This document shows, in pieces, positions 58,942 through 64,000 of a DNA stretch of 64,000 bases (its first letter is position 1; every line of letters starts with the position of its first letter). The stretch is from an uncultured Gammaproteobacteria bacterium. Lineage in GTDB: Bacteria; Patescibacteriota; Microgenomatia; Levybacterales; UBA12049. The stretch spans positions 79,023-143,022 of the forward strand of contig CAZSWA010000001.1 in NCBI GenBank assembly GCA_964610465.1, written 5' to 3'. The translations under genes were made by a program, and so were the position numbers. The notes beneath the pieces were generated by a model that saw nothing but the letters and a program-made list of their open reading frames with translations, searched no databases and was not told the DNA's origin.

Positions 58942-61242
58942 ATGTTTTGGGCAGACACACTGTTAGAAGGAAGAAAAAATAAAGAAGTCATTAATGATTC
59001 GTGGACTCCGTCTGGAATCGTCCATATGGGATCTTTGAAAGGTCCAATCATCCACGACACACTTTTCCGTATTTTAAAAGAAAGAAAACAGGAGGTTACT
59101 TTTATGTATGGGTTTGATGATATGGATCCAATTGATGGAATTCCTCCAGATCTGAAAGGTTTGTTTGAAAAATACCTTGGTATACCTATATTCCTTGCTC
59201 CATCTCCTGATGGGAAAGGTTCGTTTGGTGATTTCTACGGAAATAAAATGAAACACATTCTTGATACGTTAGATATTCATCCTGATAGATTGTATAAAAC
59301 AAGTGAAGTGTACAAAAGTGGAGAATTTGATAATGCGATTAGGTATGTATTGAATAATGCTGATGCAGTGAGAAAGGTATATGAAGAAGTGTATAAAAAG
59401 CCAATTGCAAACGATTGGTATCCATTGCAAGTTATTTGTCCAAATTGTGGAAAACTTGGAACGACAAATGTTACTGGATGGGATAGGAAAGAGGTTGCAT
59501 TTATTTGCGAAAAAAATCTTGTGCAATGGGCAGAAGGATGCGATTTTACAGGCAAAATTTCTCCTTTTAAAGGAAATGCCAAAATGCCTTGGAAAGTAGA
59601 ATGGGCTGCAAAATGGTGGACATTTGGAGTAACAATTGAAGGGGCTGGTAAAGATCATGCATCAGCAGGTGGTTCTTATGATGTTGCAATGAAACTCTGC
59701 AAAGAAGTCTTTAAAAAAGAGACACCGTTAAAGATTGCATACGAATTTTTCCTTTCAGGCGGCAAAAAAATGTCTTCTTCAAAAGGTACCGGTTTGACAG
59801 GTGAGGAACTTTTGGAAGCATTGCCACCGGAAGTAGTAAGATTTTTAATGATTAAAAATCCACCAAATCAAGCAGTTGAATTTACTCCCAGAGATACTGA
59901 TACAATACAGAATTTGTTTGATGAGTATTTTAAAGCAGCGGATACATATTATCAAAAATCAGATGAGAACTTGGCAAGAGCATTTGAACTGTCTCAAATC
60001 GGCAGTCCAAAGAGGATCCCCGCACTCCGAATGAGAGTAATTTCGCAATTAGTACAGATGCCTAACAAAGAAGAAGAAATAAGAAGAGAAGGACTGGAAG
60101 AATGGTCCCGTTTTGCCAGAGTATGGGTTGAAAAATATGCTCCTGAATCAGAAAAATTTTTGGTGCAAGAAAAAGTTCCGCAAGCTGCAAAATCACTTTC
60201 TGAGACACAAAAACACTATTTACAAACGATTGCAAATTGTATAGACAAAAATTGGAATGCGGAAGATTTTCAAAAAAAACTTTATGAATCGGCAAAAGAT
60301 TTAGGAGTTTTACCAAAAGAAGCATTTTCTGCAATTTATCTGTCTCTTATTGGGAAGGATCATGGTCCGAAAGCTGCTTGGCTCCTTTTATCCCTTGAGA
60401 AAGAGTTTATTAAAAAAAGATTCACTGAAGTTACTACAGAAAAACAAAGAGCAAGCCTTCGTCATGATGAGAGTCTGCTAAGCTCAACCGATGACCTCAC
60501 GCCGAGGGGAAGTAAGAGTCAAAAAAATGATAAACAAATTCAACTTCTCAATAAACCTGAGATATTTTCTATTGGCGTGGAGATTAAACAAAAATTTTCT
60601 TCAATTTCAGTCGGTATTGCAGTAATTAAAGGAGTAAATATACAGAAAACAAACTCGGAATTAGAAAAAGAAAAACAAGAATTATTGACTATTTTAAAGG
60701 ATTTAACAACAGAACAATTAGGTCAGTATCCTGAGATTGCGAGTTATCGAAAATTATATAAAGCAATGGGTATCGATTGGCATTCACGTCGTCCAAGTCC
60801 TGAAGCATTACTTCGGAGAATAGCCCTTAAAAAAGGATTATATACAGTTAATACATGTGTTGACGCATATAACCTTATCGTTATGAAACATCGTATCTCG
60901 GTCGGTGCTTTTGATTTAGATAGAATTGAGTTTCCCACAGGTTTACGTTTCGCAAAAAACGGTGAAGAGATACTATTACTTGGTGAACAACAACCAACAC
61001 AATATAAAGAAGGAGAAATCGCCTATTTCGATAAACAAGGTGGATACAATATAGATTTTAACTATCGTGATGCGCAACGGACAGCTGTGACAGAACAAAC
61101 AAAAAATATCTATATTAATGTTGATGGTATATATGAGATTACTACTGAGAGAGTAGAAGAAGTTTTACATGAAGCTTGCAATATAATCCTAAAATACTGC
61201 GGTGGGAAAATAGAAACTTTTGGAGTAGAAACTGGTAAATGA
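58942..61242 (+). CDS. lysS: class I lysyl-tRNA synthetase fused to a C-terminal B3/B4 (PheT-type) domain
   Basis: Class I HIGH-like SGIVHMGSLKG and KMSKS-like GGKKMSSSKGTG motifs sit in a LysRS-I-like catalytic core of ~520 aa. The extra C-terminal ~260 aa contains LYTVNTCVDAYNLIVMKHRISVGAFDLDRI, which matches the B3/B4 domain consensus. Possible starts are 58918 or 58942. Confidence 0.75.
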   Translation: MFWADTLLEGRKNKEVINDSWTPSGIVHMGSLKGPIIHDTLFRILKERKQEVTFMYGFDDMDPIDGIPPDLKGLFEKYLGIPIFLAPSPDGKGSFGDFYGNKMKHILDTLDIHPDRLYKTSEVYKSGEFDNAIRYVLNNADAVRKVYEEVYKKPIANDWYPLQVICPNCGKLGTTNVTGWDRKEVAFICEKNLVQWAEGCDFTGKISPFKGNAKMPWKVEWAAKWWTFGVTIEGAGKDHASAGGSYDVAMKLCKEVFKKETPLKIAYEFFLSGGKKMSSSKGTGLTGEELLEALPPEVVRFLMIKNPPNQAVEFTPRDTDTIQNLFDEYFKAADTYYQKSDENLARAFELSQIGSPKRIPALRMRVISQLVQMPNKEEEIRREGLEEWSRFARVWVEKYAPESEKFLVQEKVPQAAKSLSETQKHYLQTIANCIDKNWNAEDFQKKLYESAKDLGVLPKEAFSAIYLSLIGKDHGPKAAWLLLSLEKEFIKKRFTEVTTEKQRASLRHDESLLSSTDDLTPRGSKSQKNDKQIQLLNKPEIFSIGVEIKQKFSSISVGIAVIKGVNIQKTNSELEKEKQELLTILKDLTTEQLGQYPEIASYRKLYKAMGIDWHSRRPSPEALLRRIALKKGLYTVNTCVDAYNLIVMKHRISVGAFDLDRIEFPTGLRFAKNGEEILLLGEQQPTQYKEGEIAYFDKQGGYNIDFNYRDAQRTAVTEQTKNIYINVDGIYEITTERVEEVLHEACNIILKYCGGKIETFGVETGK

Positions 61243-61916
61243 AAAAACTTCTTATCGCAACTACGAATAGTGGAAAAGTTGGAGAACTCAAAAAATTTTT
61301 ATCAGAATTACCTTTAGAGTTAGTTTCTTTAAACGATCTCCATATTACTCAAGAAATTGAAGAAGATGGGAAAACCTACGAAGATAATTCCAAAAAGAAA
61401 GCATTATATTACGCAAAATTAAGCGGATTACCTGCTGTTTCAGATGACGGAGGAATTGAAATTGCTGCATTTGGAGAAAAACCTGGAGTTCATTCCAGAC
61501 GTTGATTAGGAGAAGATGCAACTGAAAGAGATTTAATTGCTCATATGAAAAAAGTTGCAAAAGAATTGCCAAGATGATAATCGGATGCAGTTTTTAAAGT
61601 AGTTGTTACCTTTGCACTTCCATCAGGTGAATCATGGTCGGTAAAAGGAGAAATACAGGGAATGATTGCAAAAAAAACGCATTCAGACTCCTTGAGGGAT
61701 ATCCTTATCGGTCATTTTTTTTATCTGCCTGATATAAGGAAATACTATCATGAAGATGACTTAAGTGAGGAAGAAACAAAAAAATATAACCCTCGCTATA
61801 AAGCGGTTAAAAAATTACAGCCAATTGTAAAAAAATACTTAGAATTTAAGCGAATTTTTAAATCTCACCAGATTTTTTCATTATTTGGCGATATAATAAA
61901 CAATATAGAAACTTAG
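61239..61916 (+). pseudogene. rdgB: Ham1/RdgB (dITP/XTP pyrophosphatase) gene interrupted by three in-frame stop codons
   Basis: A single reading frame aligns end-to-end with RdgB: ATTNSGKVGELKKFL, AVSDDGGIEI, PGVHSRR-[TGA]-LGEDAT (cf. PGIYSARYSGEDAT), ...ELPR-[TGA][TAA]-SDAVFKVVVTFAL (cf. ARFHCVLVYL), then a C-terminal segment. The stops are at 61503-05 and 61575-80. The GFGYDP motif region has diverged. There are no frameshifts. Confidence 0.65.
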
Positions 61917-61940
61917 GAATCTGTTTCATCTTCTCAAAGT

Positions 61941-62807
61941 ATGACAAGAATTATTTTTATCGTTGTTATAACTGGTTTGGTAATTCTGGTGTTCATTTTA
62001 CTCTTTTTCTATGTAATAAAAGCTCGTAATGAAAAAGGCTACCTGCAAGTAACATCTCTTCCTAAAAGCAAAGTATATTTGGATGGAAAATATGTTGGGG
62101 ATACACCATTTTGCAAATGTGATGCCCAAAATACTCTCTCCACTGGAGATTATACGATACGTCTTGTCCCATCTGACAATATATTATCTGAATTTCAAGA
62201 AAAAATTAATATTTTTCCAAGTGTATTGACTGTTGTTGATAGAAAATTTGGACCCGGAGCAGAAAATGAAGGTTATATCATTTCTCTTGCTCCGCTTAGT
62301 GATAAAAAAAATATAGAGCTTCTTGTTACTTCATTCCCTGAAAAATCGGATATTTATCTAGATAATAATATGATTGGTTCAACGCCGCTTCTTCTGAAAA
62401 GTATTACTGATTCAGATCATGCATTAACACTTCGTAAGAATGGCTACAATGAAAAAACACTAAGAATCCATACCCCAAGCGGATATCAACTCAATGCAAC
62501 AGTATATTTGGGAGTTAAAAAAGATGCTGCTTCACAAGATAATGGACAAGCTGCAACTGCATCAGCATCTGTCATCATTTCTCCAACTCTTTCTCCAAGT
62601 GCAGGCGCTTCAAAAGTCGTGATATTGAATACTCCAACTGGTTTTTTACGAGTCCATGAAAATAATTCTTTAGGTTCACCTGAAATAGCACGAGTCTCAC
62701 CTGGTGATTCTTTTCCTCTTCTTGATGAACAGAACGGATGGTATGCGATAAAACTTTCTGATGGGAGCCAAGGTTGGATAAGTGCTCAATATGCAAAAAA
62801 ACAATAA
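61941..62807 (+). CDS. membrane-anchored PEGA-domain protein with C-terminal SH3b domain
   Basis: A transmembrane anchor precedes two PEGA-like repeats (LQVTSLPKSKVYLDGKYVGDTP; LLVTSFPEKSDIYLDNNMIGSTP). The C-terminus is SH3b-like (GFLRVHENNSLGSPEIARVSPGDSFPLLDEQNGWYAIKLSDGSQGWISAQYAKK). Confidence 0.6.
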   Translation: MTRIIFIVVITGLVILVFILLFFYVIKARNEKGYLQVTSLPKSKVYLDGKYVGDTPFCKCDAQNTLSTGDYTIRLVPSDNILSEFQEKINIFPSVLTVVDRKFGPGAENEGYIISLAPLSDKKNIELLVTSFPEKSDIYLDNNMIGSTPLLLKSITDSDHALTLRKNGYNEKTLRIHTPSGYQLNATVYLGVKKDAASQDNGQAATASASVIISPTLSPSAGASKVVILNTPTGFLRVHENNSLGSPEIARVSPGDSFPLLDEQNGWYAIKLSDGSQGWISAQYAKKQ

Positions 62808-62812
62808 GTGTT

Positions 62813-63769
62813 TTAGGAATAATTTGTGGAAATGAAATAAATAATTATAATTACGAGTACAACCCATAAAATAAGTGTTGCCAATAACGGTCTATCAGAA
62901 AAAATAACACGTTCTGGGCTTTCTCCTTCATTCTTCTCGTAAATATCCTGAAGATACCGCATGAGACCATAGACAACAGGAATTATCGTAAGCATAAGCC
63001 ACTTTTTTTGAAAGTAAGAAGGAAGATAATCAGGTAAGAAAATGTCATTGGATACTGTACTTGCTTTTTGACCACTTGTAAGGAATGTAAAAAGAGTATA
63101 CGAGATAAATGTTGATGTTGCAAAAATAGATGCATAGACATCAAGGAGCTTTTCTGAATAATGAGATAAAGTTTTCCTGGTAGAGGCAATTTGCGCGCCG
63201 GTATGATGTGAAATAAGAGTTAACTCCGATCGCCTTTTTCCAATTGCCAGAAAAAGAGACAAAGAAATTGTTGTAAGAAGAAGCCATACTGATATATGAT
63301 AGGTACTTACTATTTCTCCTGCATATACTCTGAGAATATATCCTCCTGCAAGTGCAAGAATATCAATGACAGTAATATCTTTCAGAAATACAGAATAAGA
63401 AAATTGGAGACCCAGGTAGACGACAGTAATAAGAAAAAAGAAAGGTGAAATATAATAACTTACAATAAGAGATAAACTGATAAATATTGTCGCAATGAGT
63501 AATGCAAGAGGAATTGGAATATCTCCGTGGGCCAGAGGACGGAATCGTTTGAATGGATGCAGTTTATCTTTCTCAATATCAAATAAATCGTTAATAACAT
63601 ATATTGCAGAAGATACTGCGCAGAATACTAAAAAACCGTAGATTACCGACGGAAGTATAGTAAAATCAAATAATTTCCCAGAAAAAGTAATTGCGGCAAA
63701 TATTGCAAAGTTTTTTACCCATTGACGCGGTCTTAATAATCTTAAAATATTACGAATCATTTTTTTCAT
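62813..63769 (-). CDS. UbiA-family prenyltransferase (decaprenyl-phosphate phosphoribosyltransferase-like)
   Basis: LRPRQWVKN N-terminus and the NDLFDIEKDKLHP Asp-rich motif. About 8 transmembrane helices. Confidence 0.75.
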   Translation of the reverse strand: MKKMIRNILRLLRPRQWVKNFAIFAAITFSGKLFDFTILPSVIYGFLVFCAVSSAIYVINDLFDIEKDKLHPFKRFRPLAHGDIPIPLALLIATIFISLSLIVSYYISPFFFLITVVYLGLQFSYSVFLKDITVIDILALAGGYILRVYAGEIVSTYHISVWLLLTTISLSLFLAIGKRRSELTLISHHTGAQIASTRKTLSHYSEKLLDVYASIFATSTFISYTLFTFLTSGQKASTVSNDIFLPDYLPSYFQKKWLMLTIIPVVYGLMRYLQDIYEKNEGESPERVIFSDRPLLATLILWVVLVIIIIYFISTNYS

Positions 63770-64000
63770 TAGTATTCATTGTTACAAAATGCAGAAAGTA
63801 CAAGCAACCTCCTACAATAACCAGTAACATTATCATAGCAAAAACTTTACTTTTGCTTTCAAGTGTTAATGAAATTATTCCTAATATAGCAGAGATAAAC
63901 CAATAAAACAATGCTACTTGTCTTTGTGAATATCCAAGTCGCAATAAAATATGGTGTAAGTGCTTATTATCACCAACAAAAGGAGATTTTTTTGCAAGAA
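63750..64000 (-). CDS. glycosyltransferase family 4 (WecA/MraY-like phospho-sugar transferase), C-terminal part; 5' end beyond window
   Basis: The minus-strand translation continues past the ORF-track Met to ...LAKKSPFVGDNKHLHHILLRLGYSQRQVALFYWFISAILGI. The D-x-x-H-L-H-H motif and C-terminal transmembrane helices are typical of WecA-like enzymes. Confidence 0.7.
   Translation of the reverse strand, partial: LAKKSPFVGDNKHLHHILLRLGYSQRQVALFYWFISAILGIISLTLESKSKVFAMIMLLVIVGGCLYFLHFVTMNTNEKNDS

Noticed and set aside
61239-61916. Alternative genetic code (TGA reassigned, as in Gracilibacteria/SR1 code 25 or code 4) to explain the in-frame TGAs in rdgB
   Set aside because: All conserved long genes in the window (secY, mutS, mutL, recA, the kinase, etc.) are intact under code 11 with no internal TGA. 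The second TGA is followed at once by an in-frame TAA, which no bacterial code reads through.
1-64000. CRISPR array or other tandem repeat arrays
   Set aside because: No series of regularly spaced direct repeats was seen anywhere in the window. The only notable repeats are the low-complexity Lys-rich (rplQ tail) and Asn/Gly-rich (PP2C linker, 25879..26379) coding regions.

Overview
This is a 64 kb stretch from an AT-rich bacterial genome. The repertoire looks like a Candidate Phyla Radiation (CPR)-type organism, though that placement is inference from gene content. The basis is a ribosomal cluster with no L30 gene, a class I LysRS, cohesin-like and PEGA-domain surface proteins, and many lineage-specific hypotheticals. 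The first ~9 kb is the distal part of the ribosomal-protein/spc–alpha operon: rplR(partial)-rpsE-rplO-secY-adk-cmk-map-infA-rpmJ-rpsM-rpsK-rpsD-rpoA-rplQ-rplM-rpsI. The rest mixes housekeeping genes (metK, mutS-mutL, recA-recX, rny, hup, tsaD, greA, murB, class I lysS) with accessory genes. Two RNA genes are present: a tRNA-Pro(GGG) and an RNase P RNA (rnpB), both on the minus strand. A candidate SAM-I-like riboswitch sits upstream of metK. The items most worth a second look follow.
- A two-subunit ATP-citrate lyase (aclB/aclA) with strong similarity to canonical ACL.
- A divergently transcribed PP2C phosphatase and 993-aa Hanks-type kinase pair, both with large uncharacterised domains.
- Two paralogous members of an unrecognised protein family.
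- A class I LysRS fused to a PheT-type B3/B4 domain, directly downstream of a PvcA/Dit1-like (isonitrile-synthase family) gene.
- A Ham1/RdgB gene whose frame is intact apart from three in-frame stop codons.
No CRISPR array, transposase or integrase is visible. The genetic code appears standard (code 11).
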